Under the pieces are notes generated by a model, which was not told the DNA's origin, did not search any database, and saw nothing but the letters and a program-made list of their open reading frames with translations. A DNA stretch of 64,000 nt from Pseudomonadota bacterium (lineage in GTDB: Bacteria > Desulfobacterota > Desulfobacteria > Desulfobacterales > RPRI01): assembly GCA_043825875.1 (NCBI GenBank), contig JBDRRF010000051.1, forward strand, positions 64,001-128,000. The letters are read 5' to 3'. A program made the position numbers and the translations under genes. The first letter of the stretch is position 1, and the number at the start of each line of letters is the position of its first letter. Shown in pieces: positions 47,980-57,224 of the stretch.

Positions 47980-50547
47980 ATGAAAAAAGCCCTTATTACC
48001 ATAGGAATCATTCTGGCTCTTATTCTCTGTGTCATTATTATTCTACCGTTTGTGATTGATATTAACTCTATTGTGGCAAAACAAATTCCAACCATCGAAA
48101 AACAGTTAAACCGGAAAGTTGTTATTGGTGATGTTAAATTAACGATACTTACCGGTTTGGGAGCAGAAATCAAAAATGTCAAAATCTCCAACAGCCCGGA
48201 TTTTAAGCAGCAAGACTTTGTCAGTATAGACAGTTTAAAAGCCACGGTACAAGTTCTGCCACTACTTAAAAAAAAGTTTCTGATTTCTTCCGTATCAATT
48301 AATACTCCTTCAATACTGATTGAAAGAGATGCAAAAGGCAGATTTAATTTTTCCGATATGATCCCAACGAAACCGCCTGAAAAAGCTCCTCCTGCAAAAC
48401 CGCAAAAAAAAGACGAAACAGAAAATCCGCTGGCGGCTCTTGAAAATATTTCCGTATCCAAAATTTCTATAACAGATGGAAATTTTAAATTTATTGACGC
48501 TTACAATACTAAAACTGCCAAAGAAATTGCTTTGGACAAATTCAATCTTACAATGAAAGCAGTTTCATTATCTGAAAAAATCAACATTGATTTTGAAACC
48601 GATGTTTATGCAAGTCCCAAGGCAGGACATGTTTTGCTTTCGGGTGATATTGGCCCCATCGGCCAAAAGCCGGTACCTGAAAATATTCCCGTTGATCTGA
48701 CTTTATCTGTTGATGATGTCAATCTACCCCATCTTATGCAATATATTAAAGGAATTAATATCAAATCCGGCGCTGTTGATGTCAAAATGGATTTAAAAGG
48801 ACGTTTGAGCGATAACCTTCAATGCCGCCTCGGCATTGACTGGGACAAGCTGGACTTAGTACTGGCAGACAACACCAAAGAAGAATCAGCTCCACAGCTC
48901 TTAATGGACGGCTCATGGAAAATCGAGGCCAATATTTTGTCAAAAAGCTTGGCTGAAGATTTAAGCTTTAAAACCGACATGGATGCAACAAAAGGAAAAA
49001 TTGCGTTTGGAAATCTGTTTACAAAGGATGCGGGTATACCCCTATCACTTAATATAAACGGTCTTTATAAAAAAGATATTCTAAAAGTTGATAATCTCGA
49101 ATTTATCTTAAATAAAATAGTACTGACCGGCTTAGCCGATATTTCCAATTTTGCCGATCCGTCTATTAATGGAACCTTAAAGATGGCCCCTGCCCCGCTG
49201 GATTCACTGGCTCCGATTCTGCCCTCATTAAAAGCTTATAAACTCGAAGGAGATCTGGCGCTTTCCGATGTCCGTTTCAAGGGAAAAATCAATAAGCTAA
49301 AAAATCTTACCGGTGTTGCCGCCAGTTTAACCCTTAAAAACGGGAGCGCTACATCCGCCGAACTCGGGAAAAAGATTGAAAGCATTCAGGTAGCTGTAAA
49401 TATAGCTGATAATGCCGTTAAGATACAAAATACATCGCTTCGTATCGGACCTTCTGATCTAAGCCTTAATGCAACCATACGAAACATTATGAAACCGGAC
49501 ATTACATTCAACCTTGCTTCTAATTATCTCGATATTGACACACTGATGCCCGCATCCGCGAAAGAAAAACAAAAAGCTATAAAAAAGGAACCTAAAGCAG
49601 GCGAATCAAAAGCGGCCGAATCAAAAACAAAAACATCCGAAAAGCAAAAAGCCCCGGATTTAAAAGCACAGGGGAAGATCTCTATTAAAAAATGCAAATA
49701 CAATAAATCGGATTTTGAAAATGTTTCAGCTGAAATTCAATATGAAAACGCGGTTGCCACATTAAAAAATATAAGTTTTGACAGCTTCGATGGTAACATA
49801 AAAGCAAATGCAAAAGTAAATCTTAGCGATATGCAATCTCCGAAATGGGATATGGATCTTGCTACAAAAAACATTAATGTGAATAAAGTCCTGAATCAAT
49901 TTACCAGTATACAAGATACACTTTTTGGAAACGTCAACAGCAACTTAAGCATTCAGGGGAAAGGATCGGACTGGAATATAATTTCAAAAAGTCTTGCAGG
50001 AAAAGGTTCTGCCGACATTACCAATGGGAAACTCGCCAATGTAAATATATTGGATGCCGTATCCGAAAGTCTTTTAAAATTTAAAGGATTAAACATGGTA
50101 GCGCAAGCCATCGCACCGGAAAAACAAAAAAGCTTAAACGAAACTGCATTTAAAGACCTTGCAGGAAAATTTAGTATCGAGGCAGGAAAAATCGCACTTG
50201 ATACCATGAAAATATCCGCAAAAGATTTTATACTATCCGGTAAAGGCGCCATTGGCCTTGATAAATCCCTTGATTTGAATACGGCAGTACTTCTTACCAA
50301 ATCCGCATCCGAGCGTTTCCAAAAAGACAAGACATTAAAATACCTTTTAAATAATGATCAGCAACTGGAAATTCCCTGCACCATCAAAGGTGATGTAACA
50401 TCTCCGCAAATCGCGGCAGACGGGAACAGCCTTAACCGCCTGCTTGGAAATGCCGCATCAAAGGTTGTGCAAGAACAGGTTCAAAAAAAGCTTGACGGGA
50501 AAGTGGGAAAAGAACTCGATAATGTTTTAAAAAATATATTCAAATGA
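47980..50547 (+). CDS. AsmA family protein
   Basis: N-terminal TM, LPLL, IERDAKGRFNFSD, C-terminal G.IGLD..IKG..TSP pattern. Confidence 0.88.
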   Translation: MKKALITIGIILALILCVIIILPFVIDINSIVAKQIPTIEKQLNRKVVIGDVKLTILTGLGAEIKNVKISNSPDFKQQDFVSIDSLKATVQVLPLLKKKFLISSVSINTPSILIERDAKGRFNFSDMIPTKPPEKAPPAKPQKKDETENPLAALENISVSKISITDGNFKFIDAYNTKTAKEIALDKFNLTMKAVSLSEKINIDFETDVYASPKAGHVLLSGDIGPIGQKPVPENIPVDLTLSVDDVNLPHLMQYIKGINIKSGAVDVKMDLKGRLSDNLQCRLGIDWDKLDLVLADNTKEESAPQLLMDGSWKIEANILSKSLAEDLSFKTDMDATKGKIAFGNLFTKDAGIPLSLNINGLYKKDILKVDNLEFILNKIVLTGLADISNFADPSINGTLKMAPAPLDSLAPILPSLKAYKLEGDLALSDVRFKGKINKLKNLTGVAASLTLKNGSATSAELGKKIESIQVAVNIADNAVKIQNTSLRIGPSDLSLNATIRNIMKPDITFNLASNYLDIDTLMPASAKEKQKAIKKEPKAGESKAAESKTKTSEKQKAPDLKAQGKISIKKCKYNKSDFENVSAEIQYENAVATLKNISFDSFDGNIKANAKVNLSDMQSPKWDMDLATKNINVNKVLNQFTSIQDTLFGNVNSNLSIQGKGSDWNIISKSLAGKGSADITNGKLANVNILDAVSESLLKFKGLNMVAQAIAPEKQKSLNETAFKDLAGKFSIEAGKIALDTMKISAKDFILSGKGAIGLDKSLDLNTAVLLTKSASERFQKDKTLKYLLNNDQQLEIPCTIKGDVTSPQIAADGNSLNRLLGNAASKVVQEQVQKKLDGKVGKELDNVLKNIFK

Positions 50548-50594
50548 TTTATGGAAATTTGCATTCTATAAATCACAAAAACCGATAGGAAATT

Positions 50595-50626
50595 AAAAGT
50601 CCCCGTTGCAAGCAACGGGGACTTTT
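50595..50626. terminator. Bidirectional intrinsic terminator
   Basis: AAAAGTCCCCGTTGC-AA-GCAACGGGGACTTTT between convergent genes. Confidence 0.85.
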
Positions 50627-50647
50627 ATATTAATCAGGCAAACCACT

Positions 50648-51181
50648 TTAATTAGCATTGATAGGCAATTTGTCGTGATCGACAAATATCAATTTACTAA
50701 TGTCAAACCCCGATGCAGCTGCTTTTTCTATGAGAGTATGTTTTATATCTTCTTTCATTATCGGGCTTCTTGCCAGAATCCATAAATAAGATTTGTCAGG
50801 GCCGCATACTAGTGAATATTGGTAATTCTCATGGTCAAGTCCAAAAACTATGTAAGAACCATAAAAGGGGCCAAAGAAAGAAACTTTCAGGTAACCCTGG
50901 CTAGATCCTTTTACAAAATAAGCCTTTCCTTCGGCTTCTTTCCATGAATCTTCTTTAGCAGAGTAACCGCGATTCAGCACTCTGATACCACCATCATCAC
51001 GCAAACTATAATCTGCTGTTACGTTGTTCAAACCTTTCTCAAACGAATGATCCAATCTCACAATTTCATACCACTTACCCAGATATTTCTCTATCCTGAA
51101 ATTATCAACGGGTTTTACATTTTCAGGTATTCCAACACACCCCATTAAAAATAAACAAAATACTATTGATAGTTTCTTCAT
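50648..51181 (-). CDS. blc: Bacterial lipocalin lipoprotein
   Basis: Lipobox LMGC, YLGKWYEI, LKVSFFGPF, YLWILAR. Confidence 0.93.
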   Translation of the reverse strand: MKKLSIVFCLFLMGCVGIPENVKPVDNFRIEKYLGKWYEIVRLDHSFEKGLNNVTADYSLRDDGGIRVLNRGYSAKEDSWKEAEGKAYFVKGSSQGYLKVSFFGPFYGSYIVFGLDHENYQYSLVCGPDKSYLWILARSPIMKEDIKHTLIEKAAASGFDISKLIFVDHDKLPINAN

Positions 51182-51191
51182 CTCTTTCCTT

Positions 51192-51350
51192 TTATATATT
51201 ACGTTCCGCATAAACGGATGGCAATGGAGCGCGTAATGCCTTGATTATGTATTGCTCAGTATGATTGCTTATTGGGAGAGTCGTGAAGGCAGCTATTGTA
51301 ACCCGGGTAATTGACTCAATGCCTGAAGTAGTTTCTTTTCTTATGAACAT
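51192..51350 (-). pseudogene. N-terminal remnant of a YhbS-like GNAT acetyltransferase, joined to a half attC
   Basis: Manual translation MFIRKETTSGIESITRVTIAAFTTLPISNHTEQYIIKALR; GGAG RBS; stops after 52 aa. Confidence 0.65.
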
Positions 51351-51394
51351 CTAAATCTCCGGTTTATTTTTACTTTGCTGTTCCTGCAAGCCGA

Positions 51395-51742
51395 TCAGGT
51401 AGCGCTATGCTGGGTGCTGGAATTATTCGTATCAAGATTGCCAAGGGGTAACGGCTTAATGTTATTCAGAGCATCTGACTCAGATTTCTTCGCGAAATAA
51501 AGATCCCATCTCAACTGAACATTCATCCAAAAGTCTGCCGACACTCCAAAAACCTTTGCCAGTCTTAATGCTGTACTAGGAGTGATTCCACGCCTCCCAT
51601 TTACTATTTCATTTATTCGTTGATAGGGAACATTTATGGCATTAGCTAAATCTCGCTGGGTTATGCCCATTGGCTTCAAAAACTCCTCCATCAGCATTTC
51701 CCCAGGATGGGTTGGTGTCCTATTTGTAGGTATCCGTATCAT
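51395..51742 (-). CDS. higA: HigA family antitoxin
   Basis: THPGEML.EEFL, RINEIVNGRRGIT..ALRL..FW.N.Q. Confidence 0.93.
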   Translation of the reverse strand: MIRIPTNRTPTHPGEMLMEEFLKPMGITQRDLANAINVPYQRINEIVNGRRGITPSTALRLAKVFGVSADFWMNVQLRWDLYFAKKSESDALNNIKPLPLGNLDTNNSSTQHSAT

Positions 51743-51763
51743 TATAACTCCTTATAATTGTAT

Positions 51764-52060
51764 CTATGAATGGTAATCTGCAATTTCCACATCCATTGGC
51801 CCATTCTCGGCCCAAATGAAACAAATGCGATATTGATCATTTATTCGGATACTGTATTGCCCCTTTCTGTCACCCGACAGCAACTCCAATCTATTTCCGG
51901 GCGGAATTCGCAATTCGTCAAGAGTCAAAACAGAATCCAGTCGATCAAGTTTTCTAAATACAACATTCCAAAGGCTTTGAGGACAAATTTTTCTAGCGGC
52001 TTTTGTCGACTGGCCGTTGAAAATTTCCTCTGTGGCTTTGTTTTTAAAGGATTGTATCCT
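51764..52060 (-). pseudogene. higB: HigB (RelE-like) toxin with start codon ATG>AGG
   Basis: Manual translation xIQSFKNKATEEIFNG...LRIPPGNRLE.L.GDRKGQYSIRINDQYRICF.W....DVEIADYHS; in-frame stop 7 codons upstream. Confidence 0.85.
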
Positions 52061-52068
52061 GAAAATAC

Positions 52069-52083
52069 GATAGCCCGGCTATC
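52069..52083. promoter_or_regulatory. Candidate HigA operator palindrome
   Basis: GATAGC-CCG-GCTATC just upstream of higB. Confidence 0.5.
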
Positions 52084-52206
52084 ATGCTATTTCAAGTTAA
52101 TTTTATTATCGTGGCAGCCCGAATGAAAAGATCTCATGTATAACGTAGCAGAGACGAGAAAACAAAAAAATCAGTCGGAGCGTAACGACCGGTTGGGGAG
52201 GGTATT

Positions 52207-52265
52207 GGGATCAAACCTTGAATAGTTATTTTAGATATTTAATCACTATTCAACGGTTTGATCCC
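52207..52265. repeat. Inverted repeat inside an attC-like site (52138-52333)
   Basis: GGGATCAAACC-TTGAATAGT ... ACTATTCAA-CGGTTTGATCCC. Confidence 0.75.
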
Positions 52266-52344
52266 TTTCGTTTCCATTCGTTTACCCGCAAGCCGGGAGC
52301 GATGCGAGCAAGGTGTCTATACACTTGATAGACCTCTATTCTGT

Positions 52345-52705
52345 CTATTCCACAAGCTCAAATTCATAGTATTTTGAAAATCTAATCAATAATCGATTCG
52401 GATCGGCTGATAATTGGCCAAGATCCTTTCCTGTTAAATTGGAATGATCAAAAATGTCCACACTTCCTTTTAATTCACTACTGCATCCGCTTATAGCAAT
52501 TAATTTACCGAGTTTTTGATGTGCTCCCTGAGCTATAATTTTGGCTTTTTGTAGTGCTTTTTCGAAGGCTTCAGTTGAAAGTTTTTCAAGGTGAATATCC
52601 GAATTTTTCAGGCCAAAGAATATTGCACTGGTGCTTGAGTCATAATCAAAGGAAAACCTCACCGGAACCCTTTGTTTCCATGTGTAGCATCATTATATTT
52701 TTCAT
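52345..52705 (-). pseudogene. Truncated or frameshifted gene, possibly SIMPL-like C-terminus
   Basis: A..KA..KA..IA....KLGKL pattern; no in-frame start with an RBS. Confidence 0.4.
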
Positions 52706-52730
52706 AATTACATTAAGTTTTTTTAGCATG

Positions 52731-53282
52731 CTACCAGTTTTTAAGGTATGCTATTATCATATCTTTTTCTTCCTGTTCATCAAGCCATTGTTTGAATTCA
52801 TCAGCTTTTCCAAAAATTTCTTCGCCAATTCTTTTTTGAATGACCTGTTTTAGCGCCTCCTGGTTTTCTTCTTCTCTTATGTTTTTCTGCCAGCTACGTG
52901 TGAATATTTTGTTTATTTCATCATGCAGATTTTTCGATTTCAGTATTTTCCATTCGTTGTTGTCCAGCCAGAAACCGTTACAGCTTCCACAAAAGTCAAG
53001 TTTGAATGGGATTCCATGGCCCACTTTGTATTTGCTCATTATTCTTCCGCATTCAGGGCAGAGTTTTGCTTTCAGAATATCATCCGATCTCAACGTTATA
53101 TCGTACTCATCTTTTTCCTCGATTATTTCACCTTTGACTTCAAGCCATTCATGATAATCTCTTGAGCATATCCAATGCCCGCCACAATCATCGCAATAAT
53201 AGCCGATAAGTTTTTCCTCAAGTCTTTCCGTTTTCAACAGTACTTTCTTCTTTACGTCACATATCGGACACGACATTTTCAT
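52731..53282 (-). CDS. zf-TFIIB-like zinc ribbon protein
   Basis: CPIC, CDDCGGHW, CPEC, CGSCNGFWLD; AGGAG RBS. Confidence 0.85.
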   Translation of the reverse strand: MKMSCPICDVKKKVLLKTERLEEKLIGYYCDDCGGHWICSRDYHEWLEVKGEIIEEKDEYDITLRSDDILKAKLCPECGRIMSKYKVGHGIPFKLDFCGSCNGFWLDNNEWKILKSKNLHDEINKIFTRSWQKNIREEENQEALKQVIQKRIGEEIFGKADEFKQWLDEQEEKDMIIAYLKNW

Positions 53283-53416
53283 TTTAGTTACTCCTTGCTA
53301 AGTTTTTTCAAAGTTGATTAAAAACACATCTATCAAATCAGAACATAAAGGTAAGAAGGGGCGGTTTAAAACCCGAAAAGCTGAATATTTAATGCAGCTT
53401 GCAAAAGTAATAGAGG

Positions 53417-54070
53417 TCAGTCACCGCAGTTAATAAGCTCCCTGCTCAAACTTTTGTTTAAGAACTTATTTGTTTTTTCGAAGAAATCAGAGCACTCTCC
53501 TGGATGGGTTATTGCTAAAAGATGGCCTGCATCCTTTATCACTTCGCAATCACTTTTCGGACACGTAATTATGTGATCCTTTTTCCCATGAAGGCGGAAA
53601 ACATTATCTGCTGCCCCTCGATACCCAGGCCATGAGGAAACATATCTGCTCATAGAACGAATAAAGTCCGGGTCTGACTCCGAAAACATTTGGCTTACGA
53701 CATCATCAATTCTTCCAGACAGTGTCTGAATAAATGAAAGTGGTGTAATCGATGCTAACGGCGACAATAGGGATATCAGTCTTTTTATTTCTTTTTTGTG
53801 CAAAGCACTTCCCATTAACACCACTGCCTTCGCATTCAATATCATTGCGATTTCAAGGGCAATCATCCCGCCAAGAGACGAACCGCCAATAATATCATTC
53901 GAACTAATTTGATTTTCTGAGATTAATCGTTCTGCAACCTCTTTATAGGTGACTTCTTTCTGGTACTTCGGCCAGTTCAAGAAATTAACCTCGAAACTGA
54001 GATTTCTTCTCAGGGAATCGTACATCTCAGAAGATGCTCCCATCCCTGGCAATATATACCATTTAGTCAT
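53417..54070 (-). CDS. Alpha/beta hydrolase
   Basis: PGMG, GSSLGG, HGKKD, AGH. Confidence 0.88.
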   Translation of the reverse strand: MTKWYILPGMGASSEMYDSLRRNLSFEVNFLNWPKYQKEVTYKEVAERLISENQISSNDIIGGSSLGGMIALEIAMILNAKAVVLMGSALHKKEIKRLISLLSPLASITPLSFIQTLSGRIDDVVSQMFSESDPDFIRSMSRYVSSWPGYRGAADNVFRLHGKKDHIITCPKSDCEVIKDAGHLLAITHPGECSDFFEKTNKFLNKSLSRELINCGD

Positions 54071-54082
54071 GGTCCGTCCGAC

Positions 54083-54144
54083 TCTTAACCGCTGCTCAGT
54101 GGTGGCGCGGTTTTTGCTTTAACCCTTGCAGTAGAAGGTTATAA
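54083..54144 (-). other. attC-like site
   Basis: R'' TTATAAC contains the upstream stop codon; R' GTTAAGA; CTGC/GCAG inner stem. Confidence 0.72.
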
Positions 54145-54543
54145 AGGTTTTATTACAATTTTACTTCTGATAGTATAATTAAATTGTTTTTCAAGATCAG
54201 ACCAATCCGATGGTTCACCATCAGATTGAATTGTTTCATAAGCTTTGAGCATGTATGTTTTGCTTTTATCAATTTTCAAATTTTCAAATACTGGTTCTAC
54301 AACAAGTGGTTCTTGAAGTATTTTACTGTTTATTTCGAAAATTTTTAAATAATAATCAGAGTGGGAAACGTTTTGTGCATAATATGAATTTGGCTTATCA
54401 ATAAATACGGCTTTTATTGTACAGATCTGACCGAACGGAATTCCGAGAATGCTTTTAATTGAGTCTTCAGCCAAACACATTTGGGATATCGATAAAATCA
54501 GAATGAATGGTATAAGTATTTTATTCATTTTATATTTCACCAA
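54139..54543 (-). CDS. Hypothetical exported protein (gene cassette)
   Basis: Signal peptide; exactly bounded by two attC-like sites. Confidence 0.75.
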   Translation of the reverse strand: MVKYKMNKILIPFILILSISQMCLAEDSIKSILGIPFGQICTIKAVFIDKPNSYYAQNVSHSDYYLKIFEINSKILQEPLVVEPVFENLKIDKSKTYMLKAYETIQSDGEPSDWSDLEKQFNYTIRSKIVIKPL

Positions 54544-54551
54544 TTATTAAT

Positions 54552-54613
54552 TTATAACATGGTGTGCCAGGGGCGGTATGCCCCTCGCCGTCCCCTTGAC
54601 ACACTCGTTATGT
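54552..54613 (-). other. attC site (best preserved, 62 bp)
   Basis: R'' ACATAAC, stem GTGTGTCAAGGGGACGG / CCGCCCCTGGCACAC with unpaired bases, R' GTTATAA. Confidence 0.82.
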
Positions 54614-54619
54614 GAAGAT

Positions 54620-54953
54620 TTATTTCATTAGGTCGTTAATTATATTTCCGATTGATAATAGAATGATTACCCCGAAAAATATAACTAAAATAATCTTAAG
54701 GCTCTTAGCACCTAAAAAACCGAAAAATTTATACTCAGCAAATGGGAATTCATTGCTACAATCCGGGCATATAGTTAACACTGCTTCCGATATCTCGTCT
54801 AAACCATTTCTTTTTTTAAAAATAGGCTCCGAGCTTTTCTTGTCCAAAATATGGAAAAAGGAAGATGGACCATCAATTTTATATTTAAATTTTTTTCAGC
54901 ATTAAATTGAAAAAGGCATTTATGGCATTTTATATACGACATTGATATTCCAT
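54620..54953 (-). pseudogene. Frameshifted zinc-ribbon membrane protein
   Basis: CHKC and CPDC lie in different frames across A-runs; C-terminal TM. Confidence 0.5.
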
Positions 54954-55439
54954 CTTATTAGTTGTCACATAACAAGTTATTGTACTGACCAGTATATCAT
55001 GCAAAATTGGATAATAAACTGCTAACAATATAATTCCGGATATTAAGAATATCGGAATACTTAATTTCAAACTTTAACAAATATCTTTCTGAGGAAGATA
55101 TTACTTTAGCCTCTCATAGTTTCTGCGAAAATAAAAAAACAAAAGCCCCGTGCTTCAATTGTCTGAAGATCGGGGCTTGATTGTATCCGGTCACATTAAA
55201 TCCTTTAGAGCGTGTAAAATAATTATATCAGATTATTAATTCCAGAAAATGCTAAAATAATACTATTTGTATAATGAGCAATAATGCATGAGTTTTGTTA
55301 ACACTTTGCATCAATTAATTCAATAAAAAAAGAGAAAGAAGAACACTGTATGGTTTATAGATTGATTTGAGCCAGTAATCTTCTCCCCTATCAGCAAGTA
55401 ATTTATCTTGTTTGCTTGATGCAGAAAATAACTGTGAGG

Positions 55440-55664
55440 TCAGGATTGTTCATCATCAGTAATATACTCCCACATTTTATTTTGATGTAACCAAATTGGA
55501 TCAGCATTCCTGCGGATGAATTCGTCTACATCCATACCATCTGTGGTTATCGGGCGCTTGACCTGCTTCTGCTTTCCATTTATGAATATGGTCATGTACT
55601 CTTTCCGATGGTGCTTTTTTTCAGTCTTTTCAGCAGCAGAGAGTTTTCGTTTTAGCTTTGCCAT
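55440..55664 (-). CDS. Small hypothetical protein
   Basis: 74 aa; FINGKQK..DEFIRRNADPIWLHQN. Confidence 0.7.
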   Translation of the reverse strand: MAKLKRKLSAAEKTEKKHHRKEYMTIFINGKQKQVKRPITTDGMDVDEFIRRNADPIWLHQNKMWEYITDDEQS

Positions 55665-55712
55665 GGTAGGAACCGCTTTATCTATCTTTCTATGCCAATT
55701 TGCGAGATGAGT

Positions 55713-55976
55713 TTACTTCTCAATAATCTTCCAGTACCTTATTCCTGGCTCTCCATTTTGACACTCAGGACACTTTCTCTCGTGCATGTCTGACCCGTTT
55801 GTTCCATAAACATTGCCGCAGTAAGTACATTCAGTCTTGTATGCATATTGCCCATGATCGGTTCCAGGAATTCCGCAATGGCCGCAACATTGCTGGCCAT
55901 TAGGATTGAGATAGCCAATTTCGACACTCTCGCCACTACCTTCCTGCCATTCAATATGAATATCGGTTTCGTTCAT
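55713..55976 (-). CDS. Small Cys-rich (zinc-ribbon) hypothetical protein
   Basis: CTYCG, CPEC; GGAGG RBS. Confidence 0.75.
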   Translation of the reverse strand: MNETDIHIEWQEGSGESVEIGYLNPNGQQCCGHCGIPGTDHGQYAYKTECTYCGNVYGTNGSDMHERKCPECQNGEPGIRYWKIIEK

Positions 55977-55995
55977 ACTTATTTATCCTCCCAAA

Positions 55996-56103
55996 GAGAC
56001 TATTGAAAAAGTCCCAAAACGGTTAATTCAGTTATTTTGTATTTTATAATATCAGACAATTAGAAATGTCAAAATCCAGATTTCAGACTTTTCCGACAGG
56101 CTC
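55996..56103. mobile_element. 108-bp MITE-like element inserted at an attC core site
   Basis: Imperfect TIRs GAGACTATTGAAAAAGTC / GACTTTTCCGACAGGCTC; abuts the GTT of the attC at 56104-56157. Confidence 0.7.
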
Positions 56104-56157
56104 AACATGAAGTTCACCGGGGGGTGATAGCGAAACTACGCAACGAATTTGTTATGT
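56104..56157 (-). other. attC-like site
   Basis: R'' ACATAAC overlaps the toxin stop codon; GTT core at 56106-56104. Confidence 0.72.
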
Positions 56158-56403
56158 TTTTTTATAGCTACCTTTACGATGCAGAACTCGACCAATTTCA
56201 ATCATATCTTTACCAACATCAAATAAAATTCTATAATCCCCAACTCTTGCTCTATAGGCAGGTTCAAAATTTGTTAATCTTTTCAGATTGCTGACATTAG
56301 GAAAGTTTTCCAGTTCCAGAATCTTATCGTGAATACGCTTCTTATCAGTTTCACCAATCTTTTTTAAATCTTTTATAGCGCTTTGTCTGATATTAATCTT
56401 CAT
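56152..56403 (-). CDS. RelE/ParE family toxin
   Basis: SAIKDLKKI, YRARVGDYRILF, RVLHRK. Confidence 0.9.
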   Translation of the reverse strand: MKINIRQSAIKDLKKIGETDKKRIHDKILELENFPNVSNLKRLTNFEPAYRARVGDYRILFDVGKDMIEIGRVLHRKGSYKKT

Positions 56404-56587
56404 TTTTTAAATACTCAGAAAACAGGATACTATCTTCCCCTCTTGTTACTGCTAAAAGTTTTAAATCTTCAATATCTTCCTGTGACACTATCTCAACACC
56501 TTCACTTTCTAAGTGTTTCAAGAACCATATTATCTTATCCCTTATCTCTTTATTCTTTATTGATATAGTAACTGTTTGCATTTTCAT
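56393..56587 (-). CDS. Putative antitoxin
   Basis: Small acidic ORF overlapping the toxin start; GGAG RBS. Confidence 0.75.
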   Translation of the reverse strand: MKMQTVTISIKNKEIRDKIIWFLKHLESEGVEIVSQEDIEDLKLLAVTRGEDSILFSEYLKNED

Positions 56588-56607
56588 TCTCCAAGTATTT
56601 TTAAAAC

Positions 56608-56761
56608 ATAACAATATATTGAACAGTTTCCATTCAATACCGTGAAATTCCAAAAGTGTCGATATCAAAATTTAGTTATAATGATAAATATACTTGATAT
56701 AATTATATTATCAAACTTGCTCAATATTCAATTTGCGTTCTTAGGAGGAAACTGTTCAATA
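56608..56761 (-). other. attI-like cassette-head motif, copy B, with a 15-bp inverted partner
   Basis: TATTGAACAGTTTCC (56617-56631) / GGAAACTGTTCAATA (56747-56761); sits at the 5' head of the array. Confidence 0.55.
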
Positions 56762-57224
56762 CCGATATTTTCTTTTTTTGATTAGATTTGGTAATTTATT
56801 AACATGGTTTGCGTTTAAAATCTATTATTTTTATAGACATGTTCGATATGTCTATTAGGTGAAGCCCCCTGTTCGTCATTCCGATGAAGGATAGAAACCA
56901 GTAATTTCATTTGGTTCTGGATGCCGGAAGTTTTTGTCACTAAGTATTTCCCTAAATACACTTTCGTAAGGCCTCACAATTTTAACGAGGTTTTAGTTGA
57001 TATTCGCTGAGCAGGAAAACCAGCAATAATTGAAGTCAGATAGTAGAAAAACTTGCTTACACTAAAAATAATTGTATAATTATTATATTGCTAAGTGCCC
57101 GTCATGCACCTGATATAGAGAAGATTGTTCATGTGGCTAACAAAAGAGAGCCGGAACTGATATTATTGATGATTTTCATCGGCTTTCTGATAGACTGATA
57201 ATAAAGCAAAATGGGTGTTTCAAT

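Noticed and set aside
51196..51249. Complete attC site
   Set aside because: The apparent left arm is coding sequence of a truncated GNAT gene; only the right half is attC-like.
51770..52126. 118-aa plus-strand ORF
   Set aside because: Antisense shadow of higB.
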